Shown here piece by piece: positions 1 through 9,476 of a DNA stretch of 32,000 nucleotides (the first letter of the stretch is position 1; the number at the start of each line of letters is the position of its first letter). Source of the DNA: Candidatus Jettenia ecosi (GTDB taxonomy: Bacteria > Planctomycetota > Brocadiia > Brocadiales > Brocadiaceae); the NCBI GenBank assembly GCA_005524015.1, contig SULG01000002.1, forward strand, positions 4,221 through 36,220. Reading direction: 5' to 3'. The notes under the pieces were generated by a model. It was not told the DNA's origin, ran no database searches, and saw nothing but the letters and a program-made list of their open reading frames with translations. The translations under genes and the position numbers were made by a program.

Positions 1-2
1 CA

Positions 3-1343
3 CACGAGGGGATAAAATACTTAAGCGTCAATGCCTCTCTTATGGAGAAAGTCGACGCCGAAGAAGCTGGTACTATAATTAGTATCTGGCGGGATATTAC
101 AAAACAAAAGCAAATTGAAGAAGAGCTGAAAATCCTCAACAAATCTCTGGAGCAACGGGTAATAGAAAAGACATTGGCGCTGATAAAATCAAACGAAGAA
201 CTTCGTGTGAAAATTGCAGAGCATAAACTATTTGAAGAAGCGCTGCGTACGAGTGAGAGCAAGTACCGGTTGCTTCTGGAGAATCTTCCCCAGAAAATCT
301 TTTATAAAAATAAAGACTCAATGTATATATCCTGTAATGAGAATTATGCCGGGGATATACGTATCAAACCGTATGAAATTCGGGGAAAGACGGATTATGA
401 TTTCTTTCCGAAGGCGCTTGCTGAAAAATACCGGGCAGATGACAAGAGAATTATGGAATCAGGGAAAGCTGAGGAGATTGAGGAAAAATACGTCAAAGAT
501 GGGCAGGAATATATTGTACATACCGTGAAAACTCCTGTGAAAGATGAAAGGGGCGCTATCATCGGTATATTGGGTATTTTCTGGGATATCACGGAAAAGA
601 TAGCTATGGAGAAGGAGGCTATACGCTCCAGACACCTGGTATCATTGGGTGAACTGGCGGCAAGTGTTGCTCATGAAGTGAATAATCCCATAACCGGTGT
701 TATCAACTACGCCCAGATACTGTGTAATAAAAGCAATGAGGGAAGCAAGGAAAAAGATATAGCAAACCGGATTATCAGGGAAGGCGACCGCATAGCAAGC
801 ATCGTTCAAAGCCTTCTTTCTTTTGCCAGGATCAGTGATAAAAAAGAGAAAAAGAGTATTATCAGTGTTCATGAAATATTATCTGACACCCTTATCCTGA
901 CAAAGGCACAGTTGCGGCAAGAGGGTATCAGGATAAAATTGGATATCCCTCAAAGATTACCCGAAATAGTTGCAGACCCCCAACAACTACAGCAGGTATT
1001 TTTGAATGCCATAAGTAATGCACGATATGCCTTAAATCAAAAATATCCGGAGGCACATGATAACAAAATCCTCGAGGTCTTAGGTGGAGAGATGACTATA
1101 GATAATCAACAGTATGTAAAAATCACCTTCTATGATCATGGCATGGGTATACCTGCTGAGATACGAGACAAGATAATGGACCCGTTTTTTACCACAAAGC
1201 CCCGTGGCAAGGGAACAGGTTTGGGATTAAGCATTAGTCAGAGTATTATACAAGATCATCATGGTAAACTTACCATCGAGAGTATCGAAGGTGAGTTTAC
1301 CAAAGTTGCAATTATTTTTCCGGTAATGGTGAAAACCGGGTAA
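3..1343 (+). CDS. PAS-domain sensor histidine kinase, 5' truncated by window edge
   Basis: Open frame continues upstream of the ATG at 42 to the window edge ([33 protein letters not shown], a PAS C-terminus). Second PAS, H-box '[19 protein letters not shown]', ATPase motif '[13 protein letters not shown]'. Confidence 0.93.
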   Translation, partial: HEGIKYLSVNASLMEKVDAEEAGTIISIWRDITKQKQIEEELKILNKSLEQRVIEKTLALIKSNEELRVKIAEHKLFEEALRTSESKYRLLLENLPQKIFYKNKDSMYISCNENYAGDIRIKPYEIRGKTDYDFFPKALAEKYRADDKRIMESGKAEEIEEKYVKDGQEYIVHTVKTPVKDERGAIIGILGIFWDITEKIAMEKEAIRSRHLVSLGELAASVAHEVNNPITGVINYAQILCNKSNEGSKEKDIANRIIREGDRIASIVQSLLSFARISDKKEKKSIISVHEILSDTLILTKAQLRQEGIRIKLDIPQRLPEIVADPQQLQQVFLNAISNARYALNQKYPEAHDNKILEVLGGEMTIDNQQYVKITFYDHGMGIPAEIRDKIMDPFFTTKPRGKGTGLGLSISQSIIQDHHGKLTIESIEGEFTKVAIIFPVMVKTG

Positions 1344-1458
1344 CTACCCAAATACGGTATAAAACTATTACACTGTCAAGATGATTCATGATACAACGGC
1401 TGGCTCAATCGTCCGCGATTGAATCAGGACGTTAAGCATTTCTCTTAGGTATTATCTT

Positions 1459-1539
1459 GTCATTGCGAGGGTATTGTCCGAAGCAATCTCTTGAATAGTT
1501 CAGAAGAGATTGCTTCGGGAAAAAACCCCTCGCAATGAC
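1459..1539. repeat. Dispersed hairpin repeat family A, copy 1
   Basis: GTCATTGCGAGGGTATTGTCCGAAGCAATCTCTT...AGAGATTGCTTCGG...CCCCTCGCAATGAC; arms complementary; same architecture at 4806 and 8972. Confidence 0.88.
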
Positions 1540-1594
1540 AAATACGAGAAAGCCTATTGTGGTATATCCAGATTGCTCCCGGGGCAAGGCTAAC

Positions 1595-1713
1595 CAGGCT
1601 GTCCGAGAATTCATTGGCAACTTTAAACATATACTATTTATTGTCTAATATTAATACAATCGGTCAATATATAGTATAGCATCTAGTGCTCAAAGTAATT
1701 CTCGGACAGCCTG
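1595..1713. repeat. ~118-bp MITE-like element (family B), copy 1
   Basis: Bounded by perfect inverted termini CAGGCTGTCCGAGAAT ... ATTCTCGGACAGCCTG. Confidence 0.8.
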
Positions 1714-1890
1714 TAACGCCTTGCCCTACGTCTTAATTATTAAGGTAATTATACGCCCTGGCAGGGATATAGCCCATATGCATCAAGCCAAGAATAGTAT
1801 TCCATAAAAAAGGAGGTATCCCCCTGGAAAAAGAGCAAGGTGCGTCCATGTTCCCCTCTAATCCCCCCTAACCCCCCTTTAAAAAAGGGG

Positions 1891-2040
1891 GGAACGAAGG
1901 ATAAGTTTAGAAAAGGGGGGAACGAAGGATAAGTTTAGAAAAGGGGGGAACGAAGGATGAGTTTAGAAAAGGGGAGAACGAAGGATGAGTTTAGAAAAGG
2001 GGAGAACGAAGGATGAGTTTAGAAAAGAGGGGAACGAGGG
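1891..2040. repeat. 28-bp tandem repeat, about 5 units
   Basis: 'AACGAAGGAT(A/G)AGTTTAGAAAAGGGG(G/A)G' begins at 1893, 1921, 1949, 1977, 2005 and partially at 2033, an exact 28-nt period. Confidence 0.93.
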
Positions 2041-2165
2041 ATTTCCTCCTTTTCTAAAACACCCATATATTTCCCCCTTTTTTAAAGGGGGATTATGTTA
2101 TTCTTCACCGTTTCCACATGTTAGCTTGATGCTTATGGAATATAGCCGATGTAGGGCAAGGCGTT

Positions 2166-2251
2166 AGAGCTTGTGCAAAAAGTATGACTATTTTTAGTCA
2201 CAATACACTATACTGTATATGACCCTGCTTAGGACTTTTTGCACAGGCTCT
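2166..2251. repeat. Short MITE-like element with ~17-bp terminal inverted repeats
   Basis: Left end AGAGCTTGTGCAAAAAGT, right end ACTTTTTGCACAGGCTCT, one mismatch. Confidence 0.75.
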
Positions 2252-2305
2252 TTAGCCTTGCGCACCCCCGCTTGAATACCCGCCACAGGGGCAAGCACTC
2301 CTAAA

Positions 2306-2423
2306 CAGGCTGTCCGAGAATGCTTTCACATGACAAATCCTATACTCTATGTTGACAAAATATTAGCATGATAACAATATTTAGTATGGCATTTGTGGGT
2401 CGATTGAATTCTCGGACAGACTG
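2306..2423. repeat. ~118-bp MITE-like element (family B), copy 2
   Basis: Bounded by CAGGCTGTCCGAGAAT ... ATTCTCGGACAGACTG (one mismatch). Same length and termini as copy 1. Confidence 0.8.
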
Positions 2424-2782
2424 TAAAGGGTTGCCCTACAATCCATCGATTCCAGGCAAGAATTTTAATAATTTTTTTTAATAGATTATTTAAGTACCTT
2501 GGTTATATCATATTACGATAGTTTTGATTTGATTATGGAGTAGTTTGTGTTATTATAAGGGAACTTAATCAAATTGATACTTGTTCTACCACCATAGAAA
2601 TGATTCTGTTATAAATATTTAGGGTATAAAAAAGTAAATAAATAGTGTATAATTAACACTACGAATAGTGGATTATTTTTATTGGATTTACTGGAGAAGG
2701 AAATGGTTAATTTTAAAATTTCTATGAGAGAGATCAGACATCAAACTTACCTTCAAAGGTTTTTAGAAGGGAGGGGGATGAT

Positions 2783-4486
2783 ATGAAGGCTAAAATTCTT
2801 ATTATCGATGACGAAGAAAACATCAGATTTACCTTTGAGAGTTTTCTTTCGGACGAGGGGTATGATGTAAAAACTGCCAGCAATTACCATGAGGCAATAA
2901 ACATGATTGGCGCCTCTGATTTTGATTTAATTTTTGCTGATATTATCCTGGAAGGTAAAACCGGAATCGATATTCTAAAAAAAGTTAAGGAAAAAAAACT
3001 TGCATGTCCGGTTGTTATGATTACCGGGGCTCCTAATATCGAAACATCCTTAGATGCGCTGAGATTAGGCGCCTTTGACTACGTTCTCAAACCGGTGCGG
3101 CAGGAAACCCTCCTGCACGTTACCGAGAAGGCATTACAGCACAAACTATTGGTGGACGAAAAGGAACGATATCGATCAAACCTGGAGGCAATCTTTAGTA
3201 GTGTAAAAGATGCAATTGTTACCGTAGATAAGGAATTGATTGTGGTTGAGGTTAACGAGGCAACAAAAGGCATGTGCAATTTATCCCGCAACGCAATTGG
3301 AAAGCACTTCGCTTCTTTTCCGAAATATTGCAATGAAGAGTGTCTCCATGCGCTTGAGAAAACCATTCAAACAAAACAACCGGTAGAAATATATCGCCTG
3401 GAGTGTAAACATGAGCTTCGTCCGCACCAGGTGGTAAATGTTACGACATATCCTCTCCTGCACAATAAAAGTATATTTGCCGGGGCAGTGCTGGTAATAA
3501 GAGACGAGACGCATCTGGTAGATCTTGAGCGGGATATGAAGGAACGTCAACAGTTACATAATATCGTAGGCAAGAGTGATAAAATGCAAATGATTTATTC
3601 CCTCATAGAAAACTTATCGGATGTTCAGACAACCGTCCTCATTACGGGAGAAAGCGGAACTGGCAAGGAGTTAGTTGCTGAAGCGCTCCATTATAAGGGG
3701 GGAAGGGATAAGAAACCCTTTGTGAGGGTAAACTGTTCAGCTTTGTCAGAGAATTTGCTCGAGAGTGAGCTTTTTGGACACGTGAAAGGCGCTTTTACCG
3801 GCGCTGTCAGTAATAGAGTTGGCAGGTTTGAGAAGGCAGATGGCGGAACCATTTTTTTAGATGAAATAGGCGATATTACACCCCGGACGCAACTGCAGCT
3901 CTTAAGGGTATTACAGGAAAGAGAGTTTGAAAAAGTTGGCGATTCAACTCCCATTAAAGTGGATGTTCGCGTCATTGCTGCTACAAACCAGAACCTGAAG
4001 GAAAAAATCGAGCGCGGTGAATTCCGGAAAGATCTTTACTATCGTCTCAAGGTTGTTGAAATAACCTTGCCACCATTAAGAGACCGACGGGAGGATATAC
4101 CGCTGCTGGTAAATTTCTTTTTAAATAAGTTCAATAAAAAATTAAATAAAGAGATTACCGGTATTTCTTCCGATGTTCAAAAAATATTTATGGAATATCA
4201 ATGGCCTGGCAATGTCAGGGAGCTGGAACATGTCATAGAGCATGCCTTTGTCCTTTGCCACCAGGATACCATAACCGTTAATCATCTTCCGCCTGATTTA
4301 AAGGAATTTCTCGGGCAAAAAATTTCTTTCCTTGGAGATATGAGAGTTGATGAACCAAAGGCAATTCTTCAGGCGCTGAAAAAGACCTCATGGAATAAGG
4401 TCATGGCTGCTCATCTGCTCGGTATGAGCCGAAGAACCATTTACCGGAAAATCCATAATTACAAGATAAAGATGAGGGACTCATAG
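2783..4486 (+). CDS. NtrC-type sigma54-dependent response regulator (receiver + PAS-like + AAA+ + Fis-type HTH)
   Basis: Receiver 'ILIIDDEENIRFTFE...DLIFADIILEGKTG', Walker A 'GESGTGKE', 'GAFTGA' sigma54 contact loop, C-terminal HTH 'AAHLLGMSRRTIYRKI'. Shine-Dalgarno-like 'gaagggagggg' upstream. Confidence 0.96.
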   Translation: MKAKILIIDDEENIRFTFESFLSDEGYDVKTASNYHEAINMIGASDFDLIFADIILEGKTGIDILKKVKEKKLACPVVMITGAPNIETSLDALRLGAFDYVLKPVRQETLLHVTEKALQHKLLVDEKERYRSNLEAIFSSVKDAIVTVDKELIVVEVNEATKGMCNLSRNAIGKHFASFPKYCNEECLHALEKTIQTKQPVEIYRLECKHELRPHQVVNVTTYPLLHNKSIFAGAVLVIRDETHLVDLERDMKERQQLHNIVGKSDKMQMIYSLIENLSDVQTTVLITGESGTGKELVAEALHYKGGRDKKPFVRVNCSALSENLLESELFGHVKGAFTGAVSNRVGRFEKADGGTIFLDEIGDITPRTQLQLLRVLQEREFEKVGDSTPIKVDVRVIAATNQNLKEKIERGEFRKDLYYRLKVVEITLPPLRDRREDIPLLVNFFLNKFNKKLNKEITGISSDVQKIFMEYQWPGNVRELEHVIEHAFVLCHQDTITVNHLPPDLKEFLGQKISFLGDMRVDEPKAILQALKKTSWNKVMAAHLLGMSRRTIYRKIHNYKIKMRDS

Positions 4487-4603
4487 TATAAATGTTATCT
4501 CCATCGAAAATGAGGGATGAGATCAATTTCTCAGAAAACAGGTTTTATGGAGTACCGTTACTGCCGGGAAGTTGCTTCTTTTCCTACAAAATTCTCTATC
4601 CAG

Positions 4604-4653
4604 CATGGACAAACCTTTCCGCTTAAAGCCTAACGGTATGAGGTTTGTCCATG
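4604..4653. repeat. Perfect 13-bp inverted repeat (hairpin)
   Basis: CATGGACAAACCT ... AGGTTTGTCCATG with a 24-nt loop. Confidence 0.75.
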
Positions 4654-4728
4654 CCACCCCAAAGAACAAAGATATGGGTAATGATGGGCTTGACATCGAA
4701 TCGATAAGCTGATCAAAATCTTTATCTA

Positions 4729-4788
4729 TATGAGCTATCGACCATGCAAAATATAGGGGTTCAATTTGCAAAATTGAACCCGCAAGGG
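4729..4788. repeat. 60-bp dispersed repeat (family C), copy 1, with internal palindrome
   Basis: TATGAGCTATCGACCATGCAAAATATAGGGGTTCAATTTGCAAAATTGAACCCGCAAGGG; near-identical reverse complement at 11092-11151. Confidence 0.88.
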
Positions 4789-4805
4789 GAAAGATTATCC
4801 CGCTA

Positions 4806-4955
4806 GTCATTGCGAGGGTATTGTCCGAAGCAATCTCTTCTGAAACATACAAAGGATTGCTTCGGAAAAGACCCTCGCAATGACCTTTTTAGGGATTTCG
4901 TAACGTTCCCCTATACCAACATACAACCAAAGACTCAACTTGCACCATATTTTGT
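4806..4955. repeat. Dispersed hairpin repeat family A, copy 2 (hairpin 4806-4884 plus ~70-bp shared flank)
   Basis: GTCATTGCGAGGGTATTGTCCGAAGCAATCTCTTC...GGATTGCTTCGG...CCCTCGCAATGAC. The flank 'catacaaccaaagactcaacttgcaccatattttgt' matches, in inverted orientation, the flank of copy 3. Confidence 0.83.
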
Positions 4956-5044
4956 CCGGTTCCATCTATTGGATGCTATAGGTAACGAAATAGCAATTTG
5001 AATCTACCATGGTTCCTCCTCTTTCCCACGAGTTGTATCGTTTG

Positions 5045-5090
5045 GTGTCATGTCACATCCTCGTGGTGACACATCTTTGTGACATGGCAC
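5045..5090. repeat. GTGWCATGTCAC palindromic motifs, pair 1
   Basis: GTGTCATGTCAC at 5045-5056 and GTGACATGGCAC (one mismatch) at 5079-5090. Confidence 0.7.
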
Positions 5091-5457
5091 GTTTTTTTAA
5101 TGTATCATATGGACTATTCCATCCCGTGCCAATTTAATTTGATTAAATTTGAATTATACCAGCAATAAAATAGCTTTTGGATAAAAACGACTCGGGGGGT
5201 ATTACTGGTCTCATATGAGAATCTGTGGAGAGGGGATGTTTTCTTCGTATAATTTTTAAAATGAAAGAATTTACCGGCATCTCACAATAAAAATTTAATT
5301 ATTCTTTGCTCCTTATATACCATTGGCACAATTTTTTCTATGATAAGCTGTGTAGAAAAAGTAAAAGTATTTCTCGTTGAAGGGTATGAGATAAATTACT
5401 CAAATTACTTCTATTGCTTGGTATCCTGGCTATAGTTTGTTTTAATCTCAGGGAGGA

Positions 5458-7164
5458 TTGATGAAGGCAAAAATTCTTGTAATCGATGACGAAGAAAGTA
5501 TTCGTTTTACCTTTGAAAGATTCCTTCAGGATGAGGGATATGAGGTAATTGTTGTCAAAGATTATAATGAAGCTTTACTAAAAGTCTCGGACTCAAATTT
5601 TGATTTAATATTTGCAGATGTTATCCTGGAGAATAATACGGGGATTGATTTCCTGAGAGAAATCAGAAAGAAAAGCTTTAGTTCTCCCGTTGTTATGATA
5701 ACGGGAAGCCCCAATATCGAGACTGCATCCGATGCCCTCAGGTTGGGCGCTTTTGATTATATTCCAAAGCCTGTGCGCCAGGAAACCTTGTTGCGCATTA
5801 CCAAAATAGCATTGCAGCACAAGGAGTTAGTCGATGAAAAGGAGAAGTACCGGTCAAATTTAGAGGCCATTTTCAGTAGTGTAAAAGACGCAATTATTAC
5901 GGTAGATAAGGAACTGCTTGTACTTGAGATTAATGAAGCTGCAAAAGGCATCTGTAATTTATCACGGGATGCTATCGGTCAGCCGTTAGGCTCCATATCA
6001 AAATTCTGCAACGGACAGTGTCTCAAGGCGCTCGAGGAAACGATTAAGGAAAAACAGCCGGTAGAAATATATCGTTTAGAGTGCAAACATAAATTTCATT
6101 CGCAACAGGTTGTAAACGTTACCACCTATCCGCTTCTGGATAATAAAAGCGTGTTTTCCGGGGCAATATTAGTGGTGCGGGATGAGACACATCTGGCAGA
6201 CCTTGAGCGGGATATGAAAGAGCGTCAGCAATTTCATAATATCATAGGAAAAAGCGAAAAGATGCAGTTGGTGTACTCTCTTATGGAAAATCTGGCAGAT
6301 GTGCAGACAACAGTTCTGGTTACCGGAGAAAGTGGAACAGGCAAGGAGTTAGTTGCTGAAGCGCTTCATCATAAAGGCGAGCGTAATAATAAGCCCTTTG
6401 TTAAGGTAAACTGCTCAGCTTTGTCAGAGAATTTGCTTGAGAGTGAGCTTTTTGGACACGTGAAAGGCGCTTTTACCGGCGCTGTTCAGGATAGGATCGG
6501 CAGGTTTCAAAAGGCAAATAGCGGGACTATCTTTTTAGATGAGATAGGGGACGTATCACCCAGGATGCAATTACAGCTCTTAAGGGTATTGCAGGAAAGA
6601 GAATTTGAGAGGGTTGGAGACTCGACGCCTATCCGGGTGGATGTCCGGGTTGTTGCTGCTACCAATCAAAATTTAAAGGAAAAAATACGGCGTGGCGAGT
6701 TCCGTGAAGATCTGTATTACCGTCTGAAGGTAGTGGAGGTGAATTTGCCACCATTAAGAGACCGGAGGGAGGATATACCACTCCTGGTTAATCATTTTTT
6801 AAATAAGTTCAATAAGAAGTTAATGAAGGAAATTGTAGCAGTTTCTTCCGATGTTCAAAAAATATTCATGGAATATCAATGGCCTGGTAATATCAGGGAG
6901 CTTGAGCATACCCTTGAACATGCGTTTATTCTGTGCCGCCAAAAGACCATTACTGTTAATCATTTACCAAGTACATTTAAGGACTTTGTTGGAACAAAGA
7001 CATCCTTTCTGGAAGATATGAAGATTGATGAGCCTCAGGCCATCCTTCAGGCATTGAAAAAAGCATCGTGGAATAAAGCAATGGCAGCCCGTTTATTGGG
7101 AATGAGCCGACGTACCATCTACCGAAAAATTCATGATTACAAAATAAAAATACAAGACTTATAA
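5458..7164 (+). CDS. NtrC-type sigma54-dependent response regulator, paralog of 2783-4486
   Basis: Near-colinear with the upstream regulator; receiver, 'GESGTGKE', 'GAFTGA', Fis-like HTH 'AARLLGMSRRTIYRKI'. Start may be 5461. Confidence 0.96.
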   Translation: MMKAKILVIDDEESIRFTFERFLQDEGYEVIVVKDYNEALLKVSDSNFDLIFADVILENNTGIDFLREIRKKSFSSPVVMITGSPNIETASDALRLGAFDYIPKPVRQETLLRITKIALQHKELVDEKEKYRSNLEAIFSSVKDAIITVDKELLVLEINEAAKGICNLSRDAIGQPLGSISKFCNGQCLKALEETIKEKQPVEIYRLECKHKFHSQQVVNVTTYPLLDNKSVFSGAILVVRDETHLADLERDMKERQQFHNIIGKSEKMQLVYSLMENLADVQTTVLVTGESGTGKELVAEALHHKGERNNKPFVKVNCSALSENLLESELFGHVKGAFTGAVQDRIGRFQKANSGTIFLDEIGDVSPRMQLQLLRVLQEREFERVGDSTPIRVDVRVVAATNQNLKEKIRRGEFREDLYYRLKVVEVNLPPLRDRREDIPLLVNHFLNKFNKKLMKEIVAVSSDVQKIFMEYQWPGNIRELEHTLEHAFILCRQKTITVNHLPSTFKDFVGTKTSFLEDMKIDEPQAILQALKKASWNKAMAARLLGMSRRTIYRKIHDYKIKIQDL

Positions 7165-7197
7165 CCATTCCTTAATCTCTATCTTCCTCACGCATAT

Positions 7198-7242
7198 GTG
7201 TCATGTCACAGTGCGTGGCAAGACACTCCTGTGTCATGTCAC
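7198..7242. repeat. GTGTCATGTCAC palindromic motifs, pair 2
   Basis: Exact GTGTCATGTCAC at 7198-7209 and 7231-7242, just downstream of the second regulator. Confidence 0.75.
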
Positions 7243-7661
7243 ATTTCATGTTGGTAAAATAGGTACGATAATCTGATCCTGAAAGTGTCTGTTAATAGCT
7301 TTATCTATTTACTATGAAATGAGATAAGAATATTCTATTCCGGTGTTATACATAATGAATTCATGATGAAATTCATCGTGTAGATTAAGAGTCAATTCTG
7401 GTTGAATGTTGTGTCATCTTACCCATGATTCTGGATTATCGATCATGTTAGAAAAACCATACTTATGTAGCCTTATGATTTAGTATCTTTTAGCACAAAA
7501 GGTATGGAAGACTTTTCCTGCAGTAAATGAAATTTCATAAGGTTATATGTTAGCTAAATTTATGTACACACCATATTGAAATTCTGCCAAAATTTAGCGC
7601 TTTAAATCAACGATATAAAGTCTTTTTCTTTTCTCTGTTTCCTCTTTGCGTTTGTACATTA

Positions 7662-8861
7662 ATGGTCTGTTTTTTGCTTACAAGACTAATTGGAGATTTC
7701 AGATTGGAGATATCAAAATTTATTCATACATTGACTGAAAATGAACAGGCGAGGCTATTGCTCGCTGGCTTGAATGACCTTGCGTATATCTATGATACAG
7801 AGGGAAATATTGTATTTGTAAACAAAGTATTTGAGAAGCTGACAGGACATAGACCGGAAGAATTCTTTGGAAAATCATTCACGTCTCTTTTTGAAGAAGA
7901 GGATATAAAAAAGGCGCTGGATACTTATACAAGAACGCTTCAGGGGGAGAGCCCCCACTATGAAATCTATTTTAGAAATACAAAAGTGTTCTGTGAGTAT
8001 AAGAATTCTCCTTTGACAGATGAGAGGGGAAATATAATTGGAGTTGCTGGTATTGCCAGAGATATTACCCTCCGTAAGGAACGCGAAGAAGAATTGAAAA
8101 CACTTAACAAATCTTTAGAGAAGCGGGCAGTTGAACATTCAACAAAACTCATGAAGATAAATGAAGAATTAACAGAAGAAATGAACGATCATAAACGGAT
8201 AGAGACAGAATTCAAACAAGATATTGAGAAGTTACAGAGGTCTTTAAGGATAATTATTCATATTCTTGCCTCTACGATTGAGTCGAAAGACATTTTTGCG
8301 GCGGATCACCAAAAACGTGTAACCCGGCTTGCCCGATGTATAGCAGAGGAGATGGGTCTTTTAAAGGACAGGGTTGATAGTATCTGTTTGGCAGCCGCTC
8401 TTCATGATATAGGAAAAGTGTCTGTGCCGGCAGAGATCCTTGGAAAAGTTGAGCAGCTTACCGAGAGTGAATTGAATGTGCTTAAGGCTCATTCGAGGGT
8501 AGGCTATGATATAGTAAGAGAAATAGAATTTCCTTCCCCTGTTGCTCAAATTGTGCTTCAGCATCATGAAAGAATTGATGGTTCCGGATATCCCATGCGT
8601 CTGACAAGTAAAGATATACTTTTGGAAGCCAAGATTTTAAGTGTGGCCGATGTTGTAGAGGCGATATCCTTTCCTCGTCCTTACCGGTCAACCTTTGGTC
8701 TGGATAATGCGCTGGAGGAAATCTCCAGAAACAAGGGCATTCTTTACGATTTTAATGTGGTGAACGCCTGTCTGACTGTTTTTCATGAAAAAGGATTTAC
8801 CTTTGAACAGGAATTGTACTCAAATGTAAAACTTTTCGACGATGTTTTATTGAGGAGATAA
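7662..8861 (+). CDS. PAS-HD-GYP protein, predicted c-di-GMP phosphodiesterase
   Basis: PAS domain; 'LHDIGKV' and 'HHERIDGSGYP' diagnostic HD-GYP motifs. Confidence 0.93.
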   Translation: MVCFLLTRLIGDFRLEISKFIHTLTENEQARLLLAGLNDLAYIYDTEGNIVFVNKVFEKLTGHRPEEFFGKSFTSLFEEEDIKKALDTYTRTLQGESPHYEIYFRNTKVFCEYKNSPLTDERGNIIGVAGIARDITLRKEREEELKTLNKSLEKRAVEHSTKLMKINEELTEEMNDHKRIETEFKQDIEKLQRSLRIIIHILASTIESKDIFAADHQKRVTRLARCIAEEMGLLKDRVDSICLAAALHDIGKVSVPAEILGKVEQLTESELNVLKAHSRVGYDIVREIEFPSPVAQIVLQHHERIDGSGYPMRLTSKDILLEAKILSVADVVEAISFPRPYRSTFGLDNALEEISRNKGILYDFNVVNACLTVFHEKGFTFEQELYSNVKLFDDVLLRR

Positions 8862-8903
8862 TTTTGTTGTCTAATAGCGGGACACAGATTAACACAGATA
8901 AGT

Positions 8904-9052
8904 ACAAAATGTAGCGAAAGTTGATCTTTGGTTGTATGCAAATGTAGGGAACATACGGAACCTTAAACATGTCATTGCGAGGGGTATTTTCCCGAAGCAA
9001 TCTCTTTTGAAATGTCCAAGGGATTGCTTCGGACAATACCCCTCGCAATGAC
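8904..9052. repeat. Dispersed hairpin repeat family A, copy 3 (hairpin 8972-9052 plus shared flank)
   Basis: GTCATTGCGAGGGGTATTTTCCCGAAGCAATCTCTT...GGGATTGCTTCGGACAATACCCCTCGCAATGAC. The flank with 'ctttggttgtatg' is shared inverted with copy 2. Confidence 0.87.
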
Positions 9053-9197
9053 ACAGCCCCATGCAGTTGAACCGATACAAATCGTATTATCATGAATTAT
9101 ATTGACAGTGTACTGGTCTGATCAGAACGTTCGGTATCGTCGTATTTCCTAACACAAGTTTAAAATCTGGAGTACCTTCGAAAGAGGATAATAGTAC

Positions 9198-9476
9198 ATG
9201 AGAACCAATAAATTCTTTGTATGTCCAAACTGTGGCAATATCAAAAAATTTAAAGTATTTATGAGTAATTTTCAAATAGTTACGCAATCCCCGGAATTAG
9301 GAATACGCATGAATGAAAGCGGTGTTTTGCCTAATTTGCGGCAGGCAGATAATTATATTGAGTGTCAACTATGTTTTAAAAAATCAGAATACGACGCAGC
9401 TGTAAATCTTGGTGAGAAATATATCAAAGACATATCAAATCAACCGAGGGAATTAAGGCGGTATACTGAGATGTAA
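9198..9476 (+). CDS. Small zinc-ribbon protein of unknown function
   Basis: 92 aa, 'CPNCG' and 'CQLC' pairs. Moderate support as an isolated ORF. Confidence 0.6.
   Translation: MRTNKFFVCPNCGNIKKFKVFMSNFQIVTQSPELGIRMNESGVLPNLRQADNYIECQLCFKKSEYDAAVNLGEKYIKDISNQPRELRRYTEM

Noticed and set aside
1891-2040. 28-bp repeats considered as a CRISPR array
   Set aside because: Units are contiguous with no unique spacers, so this is a simple tandem repeat.
1985-2167. 60-aa ORF on plus strand
   Set aside because: Translation of the tandem repeat and repeat flank; no domain signal.
3079-3975. Antisense ORFs inside the sigma54 regulator genes and elsewhere (e.g. 17533-17967, 25612-25935, 29045-29629, 31129-31587)
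   Set aside because: Shadow ORFs antisense to well-supported genes; no independent domain signature.
4755-4788. GGGTTCAATT...AATTGAACCC considered as tRNA T-arm
   Set aside because: No acceptor, D-arm or anticodon arm around it; it is the palindromic core of a 60-bp dispersed repeat.
4523-4852. 109-aa ORF on minus strand
   Set aside because: Runs through hairpin and dispersed repeats (4604, 4729, 4806) with no recognisable motif.
4810-5001. 63-aa ORF (MRGYCPKQSL...)
   Set aside because: Translation of repeat family A; the same peptide pattern recurs in the 8889-9080 minus-strand ORF because both are repeat copies.
5324-5339. Possible sigma54 promoter TTGGCACAATTTTTTC upstream of regulator 2
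   Set aside because: The -24 box fits (TGGCAC), but the -12 box lacks the required GC (TTTC instead of TTGC). Too weak to call.
8797-9093. Minus-strand ORFs 8797-9093 and 8889-9080
   Set aside because: Overlap the HD-GYP gene end and repeat family A copy 3. No coding evidence.
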